This document shows positions 31,418-40,405 of a stretch of DNA of 44,404 nucleotides, in pieces. Where the stretch lies: the IMG/VR virus record IMGVR_UViG_2061766007_002618. The stretch is one strand, 5' to 3'. The stretch comes from an uncultured virus (IMG/VR IMGVR_UViG_2061766007_002618) (lineage: Duplodnaviria; Heunggongvirae; Uroviricota; Caudoviricetes). A model generated the notes under the pieces. That model did no database searches. It worked only from the letters and a program-made list of their open reading frames with translations, and was not told the DNA's origin. Every line of letters begins with the position of its first letter. The stretch's first letter is position 1. Position numbers and translations under genes: made by a program.

Positions 31418-32193
31418 NNNNNNNNNNNNNNNNNNNNNNNNNNNNNNNNNNNNNNNNNNNNNNNNNNNNNNNNNNNNNNNNNNNNNNNNNNNNNNNNNNN
31501 NNNNNNNNNNNNNNNNNNNNNNNNNNNNNNNNNNNNNNNNNNNNNNNNNNNNNNNNNNNNNNNNNNNNNNNNNNNNNNNNNNNNNNNNNNNNNNNNNNNN
31601 NNNNNNNNNNNNNNNNNNNNNNNNNNNNNNNNNNNNNNNNNNNNNNNNNNNNNNNNNNNNNNNNNNNNNNNNNNNNNNNNNNNNNNNNNNNNNNNNNNNN
31701 NNNNNNNNNNNNNNNNNNNNNNNNNNNNNNNNNNNNNNNNNNNNNNNNNNNNNNNNNNNNNNNNNNNNNNNNNNNNNNNNNNNNNNNNNNNNNNNNNNNN
31801 NNNNNNNNNNNNNNNNNNNNNNNNNNNNNNNNNNNNNNNNNNNNNNNNNNNNNNNNNNNNNNNNNNNNNNNNNNNNNNNNNNNNNNNNNNNNNNNNNNNN
31901 NNNNNNNNNNNNNNNNNNNNNNNNNNNNNNNNNNNNNNNNNNNNNNNNNNNNNNNNNNNNNNNNNNNNNNNNNNNNNNNNNNNNNNNNNNNNNNNNNNNN
32001 NNNNNNNNNNNNNNNNNNNNNNNNNNNNNNNNNNNNNNNNNNNNNNNNNNNNNNNNNNNNNNNNNNNNNNNNNNNNNNNNNNNNNNNNNNNNNNNNNNNN
32101 NNNNNNNNNNNNNNNNNNNNNNNNNNNNNNNNNNNNNNNNNNNNNNNNNNNNNNNNNNNNNNNNNNNNNNNNNNNNNNNNNNNNNNNNNNNNN

Positions 32194-32499
32194 GTGCGGC
32201 ATCACCAGCCGCCCGTGGTACGGCGGCGTCCAGTTCATCTCCGTCATGGGGAACCAATGCAGCCACGTCTGCACCGTCGTGTCGCGCAGCTCCGGCAGCG
32301 TGTTGCGCAGCACCAGCCACCGATTCCGTATCACGCCGTCCTTGCACGGCTTCTGCTGCATGCTCTTGAGCCAGATGTAGAAGCAGCACCCAACGCTCTT
32401 GCCACTCCCCACACTTCCCCGAATCCCGTTGATGTTCTTCGGGCTGTTCCAAAGCGCCTGAATCGTCCTCGACGGCGTGTAGTTTATCTGCTTCCCCAT
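32194..32499 (-). CDS. terL: Terminase large subunit, N-terminus
   Basis: ATG at 32499 after GGAGG; Walker A GIRGSVGSGKS; RNTLPELRDTT. Confidence 0.9.
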
Positions 32500-32812
32500 C
32501 GCAAACCTCCTCCTCCGCGTCCAGTACCTTGTCCGCGCCTTTCCCCCCACACCCCGGAACGCCGGCGGGCCGGAACAAACATAGAGAGGGGGCCCCGTAT
32601 GGCTCCTNNNNNNNNNNNNNNNNNNNNNNNNNCCCCCCACACCCCGCCGGGGCGAGGCGTCCAGGCTCGCGGCTCACGCTTCCGGCGGCCGGCGAAAAAT
32701 TTTGGGGAAAGTCGCGGGGAAAGGGAAAGGCCGTGAAAAAATGGGAAAAAATTTGGCTTTTGGGTTTAGAACCCACGGCAAAAATTAAGGTAAAATGTTG
32801 GAGTGTAGGCAT

Positions 32813-33700
32813 TTACGCATAATTCCCACGTGGTACGGATGGCGCATCCGCACCGAATCCGCACGAATCCGGCCCGATTTCGATGGTTTCGGGCGCAGGC
32901 CCGGCAGCTGGCAAGGCGGGCGCAGACGAGGCAGGCGGCAGGGCGGCCACGTTGATGGCGCCGATGTTGTACGTCACGCCGCCGGCGGCAGCCGATCCGC
33001 CTTTGTCGGGCTCGCGGAAGCGGGCGTCGGTGGCCTTGAGAACGAGCTCCTGGGCGCGGACGTTGGCCCGATGCGCCTCCGAGACGACCTCGCCGTCGCG
33101 CATTTTGCGCACGGTGTCACCGTTGACCGCCGCGTCAACCAGGGAATCCACCACGTGCGGGCCGATTGCGGCCAGGTATCGCTCGTCGGCAGCCTGATAC
33201 ATGGCCCGATACGCCTTGTTGTGTGCCCGAAAAATGCCAATCGGCACCCAGGAACCGAGGCCGGACGCCAAAACCGCCTCTTTCGTGCGCATCCCATTTG
33301 ACCGCAAAATCAGGTATGCCAGGGCAACGTGCGCTCGCGATAAATCGAGATACACCTCCCCGTTTTTCTTCGTCGGCAGGACGGCGTCGGCCAGGATCGT
33401 CGCGGCATCGTCGGAAGGAGTGTCAGGCGGCACGACGCCGGCGTCGGTGGCGATGGCCAGAAGGACTTGCAGGTCGTCCGGCGGGAAGGAGGCGAGGCCG
33501 AGGCCGGCGATTAGGTCGGAACGGGAAGGAGGCGAAGGCTTTCCGGCAGCCGGAGCCGGAGCTGGCGCAGGAGGTGAACGCTTGACGTACTTCTGGATGA
33601 AGGGATTCGGCAGCTTCTTTGCGCCGGGATCGGGCGGAGAAGGCGGCATGTTGGCGAAGAGGTCGCGGAGGTCGGAGAAGGAGACGAGTTGGTCGGACAT
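32813..33700 (-). CDS. terS: Putative terminase small subunit
   Basis: First gene of the late operon, upstream of terL; HTH-like segment and C-terminal LKA...RF...VTYNI pattern. Confidence 0.6.
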   Translation of the reverse strand: MSDQLVSFSDLRDLFANMPPSPPDPGAKKLPNPFIQKYVKRSPPAPAPAPAAGKPSPPSRSDLIAGLGLASFPPDDLQVLLAIATDAGVVPPDTPSDDAATILADAVLPTKKNGEVYLDLSRAHVALAYLILRSNGMRTKEAVLASGLGSWVPIGIFRAHNKAYRAMYQAADERYLAAIGPHVVDSLVDAAVNGDTVRKMRDGEVVSEAHRANVRAQELVLKATDARFREPDKGGSAAAGGVTYNIGAINVAALPPASSAPALPAAGPAPETIEIGPDSCGFGADAPSVPRGNYA

Positions 33701-33923
33701 GGGTAAGGCTCCTGAGAGGTTGCGTCGTGTTGCGTGATGAGAAGAGGATACCAGGCGGGTTGAGCTACGCAGGAGCGTGCGCGCGCGCGTGGGCGGGCAC
33801 GGGGGCGCAAGGCGAAAGGTCGAGCGCAGGGCGCGAGGCGTGCGAAAGGCGCGAAGGCGGCGCGGACCGCATGAATAAAGGGCGAAACGGGCGCGAATGG
33901 CACGAAAGCCGCATGAATAGGCC

Positions 33924-34745
33924 GTGCAAAAAACGCCTCANNNNNNNNNNAGGGCGGGCACGGGAGCGCAAGGCGATTTGACAAAAAACGCCTTGAAAAA
34001 TCTTGTCAAGCTAGAATGCGCAACCGCAACGGGTTATAACAATTTGACAAAAAGCGATTTTGAGTTTTGTCAAATTTTTTGTCAAACTAGAATACTGCAA
34101 TCTAGGACTTTACAACAATTTGACAAGAAAAATAACGATACTCCTTAATACACGCGATAGACTGTACTCGATTACAGAGTGTAAAAGCGCTACAGTAGGG
34201 AACGCCCGCGAAAATAGCGGTCTGGCCTTCGTAAAATGTTGCGGTATAGTTATGTAGTTTGACAAAAAATTTTTTGTCAGATTTTTTGTCAAGAGTTTTG
34301 TCAAGCCGCTGGCGAAAGAATCGTGCCAATACCCAAAATAGGCTAAATTGGGATATTGTGTCACACCCGCGCCGACAGCGATTTGTCATAGAATTGCGGC
34401 ATTTGCGCGACTTACGGCAAATGTCACACCTATTTTTGAAGTGTGACACGGCTCGCAGAATACTGGAAGCNNNNNNNNNNGGCTTGTGCAAAAAGTGAAA
34501 AAGTTTTTTGCACGAAATTTTGCACAACTAGAATATTGCAACTACTAGATTCTGCGAGGCTTGTGCAAAAAATAATGCGATATCTCTTAGTATACGCGAT
34601 AGTATGTACTCGATTACAGAGTGTAAAGGCGCTGTAATGGGGAGTACCCCGAAAAATGGGGTTTTGCCATTCGCAGAATGTTTGAATTGAACGAAATCGT
34701 TGTGCAAAAAATTTCTTGCACGATTTTTTGCACGGAGTTTTGCAC
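33924..34745. repeat. Iteron-like array in two sequence variants (TGACAA/TTGTCA and GTGCAA/TTGCAC) around a shared core
   Basis: About 10 TGACAA/TTGTCA copies at 33979-34303 and about 9 GTGCAA/TTGCAC copies at 33924 and 34486-34745; both variants contain TGTACTCGATTACAGAGTGTAAA. Confidence 0.85.
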
Positions 34746-34758
34746 GGCTCACGGCGAA

Positions 34759-35062
34759 AACCTAACGGGAATGCTAGGTTTTGAGTGTCACAATGTCACA
34801 CCGCGCCGGAAAAATCTTTCGTAAAACCTAACAACGCCAATAGGTTATGAAAATGTCACACCGATTTTGAAGTGTGACACACCTCGTAAAATACTTGAAT
34901 TGCCGCATTTTGCGAAAGGTTAAAACCTAAGAACGCCGTTAGGTTGTGACATTTTGACGCTCGCCGCCGCGAGGCCCGCGCCCGCCGAAAAAACTTTTTT
35001 TCGTGCGTAGAATCCTGGCGCTTTCGCGTTTTGCGTTAATATCCCAATAGCGGTATTAGGTT
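34759..35062. promoter_or_regulatory. Four palindromic sites AACCTA-N10-TAGGTT
   Basis: 34759-34780, 34825-34846, 34924-34945, and degenerate ATCCCA-N10-TAGGTT at 35041-35062. Confidence 0.75.
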
Positions 35063-35079
35063 TTGGCACGGCACGTGCT
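35063..35079 (+). promoter_or_regulatory. Putative sigma-54 (-24/-12) promoter for the early operon
   Basis: TTGGCACGGCACGTGCT vs consensus YTGGCACGRNNNTTGCW: one mismatch, exact GG-N10-GC spacing, 63 bp before the first ATG. Confidence 0.65.
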
Positions 35080-35142
35080 ACAAAAGAGGCGAGGCCCGCC
35101 GCGTGGCGGCCAGACAAGAACCCACTTGAGAAGGACAAGACA

Positions 35143-35376
35143 ATGAACGCAGAACGCAGAAACCAGCTGGACAAAATCCACAGCAAGCTCCTTGAGGCCA
35201 TCCAGGAACTTGAGGAAGTCATGGAGGCGGAAGAGGAAGCCCGCGACAACATGCCCGAATCCCTCCAGGGAGGCGAGCGGTACGAGGCGAGCGAAGAGGC
35301 CAGCTACGCGATGGAAGAAGCCCGCGACGAGATCGAGAGCGCAGCCGACAAGATTCTGGAGCTTGTCGAAGGCTAA
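35143..35376 (+). CDS. Small acidic helical early protein
   Basis: RBS AAGGA; first ORF of the plus-strand operon. Confidence 0.8.
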   Translation: MNAERRNQLDKIHSKLLEAIQELEEVMEAEEEARDNMPESLQGGERYEASEEASYAMEEARDEIESAADKILELVEG

Positions 35377-35430
35377 ACAGGAATCCGGCGGCCGGCACCC
35401 ACCGGCCGCCAGCAACCAGGAGAACGGAAC

Positions 35431-35694
35431 ATGAGCAAATATCCACCACTTCAAGACCGGCAGCAGGCAGCCGAGCTTCTTATCGCCATGAACAAGATCG
35501 CCTGGGCGATCAACGACGAGGACGCGATGGAGCTTTGGCTCGTCGAGGGATTCGAGCAGGACGCGACCGACGAGGAAATCCGCGCAGCCGCAGCGGACAT
35601 GAACGACGAGGAAATCCAAGACATGTTCACGGCCTTCGCGATTTGCGCGAAGCGGGCGACCGCCGACGGCTGCAAACTGGCTTTTTGGGCATAG
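35431..35694 (+). CDS. Hypothetical early protein
   Basis: RBS AGGAG. Confidence 0.75.
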   Translation: MSKYPPLQDRQQAAELLIAMNKIAWAINDEDAMELWLVEGFEQDATDEEIRAAAADMNDEEIQDMFTAFAICAKRATADGCKLAFWA

Positions 35695-35703
35695 GAGGAC
35701 ATT

Positions 35704-35838
35704 ATGAGCTACGAAGACAGAGAAGACTATCAGGAACTCCACGACACCGGCCTCACCTGGCTGGAATGGGTTGGAGCTTTCGCGCTCGCCACCGTCGCGA
35801 TGGCCGGACTTATGGCCGTCGCCTTCATCATCGGCTAA
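35704..35838 (+). CDS. Small single-pass membrane protein (44 aa)
   Basis: RBS AGGAGG; MSYEDREDYQELHDTGLTWLEWVGAFALATVAMAGLMAVAFIIG. Confidence 0.65.
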   Translation: MSYEDREDYQELHDTGLTWLEWVGAFALATVAMAGLMAVAFIIG

Positions 35839-35858
35839 CCAACACGGAGAACTAGACC

Positions 35859-36193
35859 ATGAGAGACAGCAACGAAACCCGCCGCCACTATGCGGAAATC
35901 GCCGCCNNNNNNNNNNNNNNNNNNNNNNNNNNNNNGGCGCAACGCTACTTGAGCGGAAACGCCATACGCAGAACCCATGCGACGGCTGGACGCCATACTA
36001 CAATTGGGCGATCCGCACCGCAGATGGAGAACTGGCCGACATCGACGTTGGAAGATTCCTGACACTCCTGGGAATTGACGGCTACGGCATCGCCTTGTGC
36101 CAGAGTCTCAAGGCTGCCGGCATCACCTACTACGACCACGGCGCCGGCGGATTGACAATCATCGAGAAGCGCAACCCACTTTTGAACCACTAA
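35859..36193 (+). CDS. Hypothetical early protein (gap 35907-35935)
   Basis: RBS GGAG; joins frame 35771..36193 after the gap. Confidence 0.55.
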
Positions 36194-36223
36194 CCCACCA
36201 CCACCCCGAAGGAGACAACGAAC

Positions 36224-37150
36224 ATGAAAATCTACCTCACCACCTACCGCAACTACAACGAGGACCGACCAGCCGCCGGCTGGATCGACCTTGACACCTA
36301 CAAGGATTCGGAGGAATTCGGACGCGCACTCTATCGCATCGCCCGCGACACGCTCCGCGACCCCGACCCCGAATGGATGATCCAGGACACCGAGACGGAC
36401 GCCGGAGCCGACTGGCAGGCCGGACTTTGCAACGGTGACCACCTCCCGCTCGAATACTGGACACTCAAGGACGAGGCCGCGAAGGAGGCCGCGAAGCCGG
36501 AGAAGAAGTCTCACAAGGCGAAGCTGCTCAAGGCCGAGCAGGACGCACTTTGCCGCGCATGGATGACGCAACACGGCTACGACCCCGAACACAATGGGAT
36601 TTGCGACTTCGCTTTCTTCCGCAAGGAACACCGCTATGCGCTGCTCACCGGCGGGGAAGTTGTAGAGGTCCTTCGCGTACCTGGCATCCAGACCCGCTTT
36701 TGCTGTGGCGAAGACGACCGGGGCCAGGGAGGCGAAGAGTACGGCACGATGGCCTACGCCCTGAAGGAGAACGCCGCGAAGCGGACCGAGGCCGGATTCT
36801 GGGACGCGAACGTCGGCGAATTCCGCCAGAACATGGTCGCGCACGTCGGTCGCCACGCCTGGCGTCGCTCACAGGGACGCGAACACGCGAACGGCTACAC
36901 CTGGCAGGATAACTACACGCCGGCGCTCTTTGACGATTCTCGCGGCGGATACATCCTGGACGACCGGCACAACGGAGGCTACCACCGCACCGAGCAGGAC
37001 ATTGCCCGTCCGCTCACGGACGAGGATTTCCGCCGCCTCCGTGCCGTCTGGATGAACGAATACGAGAACTACAAGCGCCGTGTCCGCTCCTACCTCAAGC
37101 GGTTTGGCACCTCGAAGGTGCACACGTGGACCTTCTGGACCGAGGCTTAA
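36224..37150 (+). CDS. ArdA-like antirestriction N-terminal domain fused to an unknown domain
   Basis: MKIYLTTYRNYNE....GWIDL..Y.D.EEF...DPEWMIQDTE matches the ArdA N-terminal pattern. Confidence 0.65.
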   Translation: MKIYLTTYRNYNEDRPAAGWIDLDTYKDSEEFGRALYRIARDTLRDPDPEWMIQDTETDAGADWQAGLCNGDHLPLEYWTLKDEAAKEAAKPEKKSHKAKLLKAEQDALCRAWMTQHGYDPEHNGICDFAFFRKEHRYALLTGGEVVEVLRVPGIQTRFCCGEDDRGQGGEEYGTMAYALKENAAKRTEAGFWDANVGEFRQNMVAHVGRHAWRRSQGREHANGYTWQDNYTPALFDDSRGGYILDDRHNGGYHRTEQDIARPLTDEDFRRLRAVWMNEYENYKRRVRSYLKRFGTSKVHTWTFWTEA

Positions 37151-37196
37151 TCACGAACGCCCACCAAAAGGCGGCAATACACGAAAGGACAACACC

Positions 37197-37439
37197 ATGA
37201 CGAAGGACAAGAACAACGAACGGACGCACGGCCAGTATCGGGCCGAGGTTGATTGTGTAAACGCACTACGCCGGCTGCTCAAGGCCGTCACGGAACATCC
37301 CGATTGGGGCAGCATTTACGCGAACGAGCGAGGAACGGAAGAACGGGCCGCGCTTGAAGACGCCGAAGACCGCTTGTACTACTACGAGCAACACGGTGCA
37401 CTCAAGGATGAAATCGACTGGACCGACGACGAGAAATAG
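37197..37439 (+). CDS. Hypothetical early protein
   Basis: RBS AAGGA, ATG at 37197. Confidence 0.7.
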   Translation: MTKDKNNERTHGQYRAEVDCVNALRRLLKAVTEHPDWGSIYANERGTEERAALEDAEDRLYYYEQHGALKDEIDWTDDEK

Positions 37440-37513
37440 CCATGCTGCACCTTCTTTTTATCGAACCCGACACCACCACCGAACCCACCACCACCACGAA
37501 GGAGGACTAAATC

Positions 37514-37813
37514 ATGACAATCACCCAGAAGATGCTCGACGAACTCGCGGAAATGACGGACGCCAACGCCCACACCGAGGCGCGCGTACTCATCGCTCAA
37601 TGGGCAGTCAACCAGGCCGAGCCGGACACGACGTTTGCTCACATCGCCGGCCATGCCTACGAAGTCTTGAACGCAATTCAAGTCTTGCACAACGAAATCG
37701 GCTATCTGCCCGACGAGCTTTACCGCTTGCGTCACGATACGACAGCGAAACTTCTTGAGGCTGTTGGCGCAATCGACGCCGCCGCAGCCACCTGGATCAA
37801 TGCCGCACTTTAG
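37514..37813 (+). CDS. Hypothetical early protein
   Basis: RBS AAGGAGG. Confidence 0.75.
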   Translation: MTITQKMLDELAEMTDANAHTEARVLIAQWAVNQAEPDTTFAHIAGHAYEVLNAIQVLHNEIGYLPDELYRLRHDTTAKLLEAVGAIDAAAATWINAAL

Positions 37814-37825
37814 GAGGAACCCACC

Positions 37826-38047
37826 ATGACTATCTGCTCAAACTACAAGCTCGACCCCCGTTGCGCCGAAGACGTTGAAACGGGATTCATCGGCGAAGGC
37901 TGCATATCGTGCATCCATTGCAACTCCATCACCGGCTGCAACATCTCGCGCCGAGGCAAGGACGCCGGCGACGGACGGACCTACATTTCCGATTCAGGCG
38001 CGCGCGTCACGCTCGAAGACGAGACGGACATTTACGACGAGGACTAG
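37826..38047 (+). CDS. Small Cys-rich protein
   Basis: RBS AGGAGG; CISCIHC motif. Confidence 0.65.
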   Translation: MTICSNYKLDPRCAEDVETGFIGEGCISCIHCNSITGCNISRRGKDAGDGRTYISDSGARVTLEDETDIYDED

Positions 38048-38344
38048 ACCATGCTCCGCGTACTCATCATCATTCTTGCGCTCGCCGCCCTTAGAGTTTT
38101 CGAGGATTAAGCCATGACCGTACTACGCCACATCATCCGCTTCTTTGATCCGCGCCGCGACGACGAGGTTTTGAACGCCGGAGGCTTTCTTCCGCTTCCG
38201 TCCGTCCGGCTGCTCTTTCTCGTCTGCGGAATCGTCGTCGCCATTGTCGAAATCTTCGACCTCGGCTAGCAAAAACCCAAGCACCGCCGCCGCCCGGTGT
38301 GGTACAATAGACGGCGAAGGAATAAGAAAGGCAGTGTTGCCACC

Positions 38345-38983
38345 ATGATTTTTGAGACTATAAAGTTAATCGCAGGATCGACTGGCGGCTCTTTCGCGAT
38401 TGTCGCGGGATTCATATTGCTCATATTCTGGGCGTATGGAAAGTTTGTGCGGATATGCGCGCAGCACGACTCATTTGCGGAGACGTGCCGAGAGTTGAAA
38501 GACCACGGCGGACGTGTCGATGCGGACATTGCCATGATTCGCGGTGACATCCAGTACATGAAAAGCACTCTGAACACGCTTCTTGACAGTACGCAGCGAA
38601 GCACGGGCAAGAAGAGCGCGATTCAGGCGCACAGCCCGCTTTCCCTCACCGACTACGGACGCGAGATGGCGCAGGGATTGAAGGCCGAGCGCGCAATCGC
38701 CCTGAACTGGGAAGCAATCAAGGCGAAGATGGACGCCGAGCTTACGAGCCGCAACCCCTACGACATTCAGACCTATTGCCTTGAGAAGATTCCAGTTGCG
38801 CCGGAGACGTTCTTTAGCAAGGCGCTGGTCGATCACTTCAAGATGTATGCGTTCATGAATGGACTTACGCTCTTCGAATGCATGAAGGTTGTCGGCATCA
38901 TCGTCCGCGACAAGTATTTCAAGTGCGAAGGTATTTCGCTCGCCGAGCTTGACCCGAAGCCAGAGACTACGCAGCCCGCTTAA
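38345..38983 (+). CDS. Moron-like membrane-anchored protein
   Basis: Own extended -10 (TGTGGTACAAT near 38298); N-terminal TM, coiled coil, SPLSLT and NPYDIQ motifs. Confidence 0.7.
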   Translation: MIFETIKLIAGSTGGSFAIVAGFILLIFWAYGKFVRICAQHDSFAETCRELKDHGGRVDADIAMIRGDIQYMKSTLNTLLDSTQRSTGKKSAIQAHSPLSLTDYGREMAQGLKAERAIALNWEAIKAKMDAELTSRNPYDIQTYCLEKIPVAPETFFSKALVDHFKMYAFMNGLTLFECMKVVGIIVRDKYFKCEGISLAELDPKPETTQPA

Positions 38984-38996
38984 GGAGTTAAAGACC

Positions 38997-39179
38997 ATGC
39001 CCAAGAAGGAAAACCCTTTCGACGACGCCGACGCCGGCGACCATATGACCGGCGCGCGAAAGTACCTCACCGAAGAGGAATACCAGGAATTCCGCCGCCT
39101 TTCGGCCAAGATCATGGCCGGCGTAGCGAAGAGCGGAATCGGAGGCCGCGCCAAGACCGACGCGAAACAGGCAGCCTCA
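38997..39179 (+). CDS. Small hypothetical protein (ends in gap)
   Basis: RBS AAGGAG; MPKKENPFDD. Confidence 0.55.
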
Positions 39180-39254
39180 NNNNNNNNNNCAAGAGGCCGA
39201 GGCGGACGCCGAAGGTAAAGGCCGAGGCCGCGCCGGAGGCGTGTCTTTAGCCCG

Positions 39255-39461
39255 TCACAAGTCTGAATCGGTAAGGCCGATTTGTCGCATCAACGACCTT
39301 TGTAACCCCGGTCGCATGTCTTTGTTCGCATGAACTGGCACTATTATCATTGCGCCCGTTATGGGGTTTCGGAGTTTGACATGGCTACTGCGCCGCGAGA
39401 CTACAAGCCAACTCCGCTCTTGCGCCAGCGCGACAAGTCGCCTTCCTGAAATGGGCTTCAT
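39255..39461 (-). CDS. hicA: HicA family mRNA interferase toxin
   Basis: xSH motif (RRSSHVKL), IVPVH, MRPGL..L.RQIG. Confidence 0.85.
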   Translation of the reverse strand: MKPISGRRLVALAQERSWLVVSRRSSHVKLRNPITGAMIIVPVHANKDMRPGLQRSLMRQIGLTDSDL

Positions 39462-39568
39462 ATTGCAACTTGCATTAACATCGCGTCATCAGTTACTGGC
39501 GCAGAGTCTTCAAGATAAAGGTCTATGGCCTCTCGCAANNNNNNNNNNCCGCCGTCCTGAAATGGGCT

Positions 39569-39763
39569 TCATACCGCAACCTGCATCAGCATCGCGTCGT
39601 CAGTTACTGGCGCAGAGTCTTCAAGATAAAGGTCTATGGCCTCTCGCAAGTTTTCCTTTAATTCATCGAGGGTGTCGGCCTCGGTGTAGCATCCGGGCAA
39701 AGCCGGCACCTCGGCCCAATAACCACCGTTTTCCTCATGGACGATAACAGTGTACTTTTTCAT
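39569..39763 (-). CDS. hicB: HicB family antitoxin (short, no DNA-binding domain); 3' end duplicated across a gap
   Basis: YTVIVHEENGGYWAEVPALPGCYTEADTLDELKENLREAIDLYLE. Confidence 0.9.
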   Translation of the reverse strand: MKKYTVIVHEENGGYWAEVPALPGCYTEADTLDELKENLREAIDLYLEDSAPVTDDAMLMQVAV

Positions 39764-39792
39764 GATTGAGTTCCTTCCTCTCAACGCTTATT

Positions 39793-39821
39793 ATTATACC
39801 ACCGCAGCCACACCGCCGCAA
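39793..39821 (-). promoter_or_regulatory. Sigma-70 promoter for hicBA
   Basis: TTGCGG-N17-TATAAT with extended TG. Confidence 0.6.
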
Positions 39822-39872
39822 CCTCTTTCGCGCCGCTTGAATCCCATTTGAATACCATTTGTAATTTTTTCG

Positions 39873-39902
39873 TTGACAAGAGGCGTTTAACGCCTGTATA
39901 AT
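39873..39902 (+). promoter_or_regulatory. Sigma-70 promoter with a palindromic operator in the spacer
   Basis: TTGACA-N18-TATAAT; AGGCGTTTAACGCCT at 39881-39895. Confidence 0.8.
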
Positions 39903-39959
39903 TGATGCCGTACTTTTGGAACAGGCCTTGTGTAAGGCCGCAGAGGAAAGGAACCAACG

Positions 39960-40196
39960 ATGCACCAGGACAGCCCGAACATTCGGATGATTGGAGTAAA
40001 GCTCACGCAAGAGCTCTACCGTAAAACCGAGAAGCGTGTGGAGGAACGCAAGATGAAAGATGTCTCTCAACTTGTCCGTTTCCTCATCATGGAAGAGACG
40101 CTCAATACGCCCCTTACGGACGAAGACAAGCGAATCATTGAAGAGCGCAAGGCTAGTGCCAAAACCCCGCGTAAGACGAAGAAGGGAGCCAAGTAA
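39960..40196 (+). CDS. Ribbon-helix-helix regulator
   Basis: MIGVKLTQELY...DVSQLVRFLI. Confidence 0.65.
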   Translation: MHQDSPNIRMIGVKLTQELYRKTEKRVEERKMKDVSQLVRFLIMEETLNTPLTDEDKRIIEERKASAKTPRKTKKGAK

Positions 40197-40396
40197 TGAC
40201 AATCCAAGTCGCCATCCCCGTTGACCAGTATGATTACCTCGTCAGCAAGTCTCTCGTATTGGGAAAAAGTTTGCCAGACCTCATCAAGAATCTTTTGGCC
40301 TATGGGCGTTTAACGCCTTGCCGCTCCAAGCGCGTTTGTCACGCCGTTTCTTTTTTGCCCAAAGGCGTTAAACGCCTAAAGTCTGCCGCGAAGTAG
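40196..40396 (+). CDS. Second RHH-like small protein; coding sequence contains operator copies
   Basis: MTIQVAIPVDQYDYL...SLPDLIKNLL; TAATG coupling. Confidence 0.55.
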   Translation: MTIQVAIPVDQYDYLVSKSLVLGKSLPDLIKNLLAYGRLTPCRSKRVCHAVSFLPKGVKRLKSAAK

Positions 40397-40405
40397 GAGC
40401 ATGTT

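Noticed and set aside
25772..32193. Apparent inversions and splitting of terL and portal (shufflon or split genes)
   Set aside because: Every orientation change coincides with an N gap, fragments overlap in sequence (for example YYGTGIIKGPIP), and no invertase is visible; this is a scaffolding artefact
33960..34900. CRISPR array or stack of sigma-70 -35 boxes
   Set aside because: Repeats are 6-10 bp, occur in both orientations with irregular spacing, and are replaced by a non-TTGACA motif in the other variant
35387..35410. 9-bp GC hairpin as an intrinsic terminator
   Set aside because: No U tract on either strand
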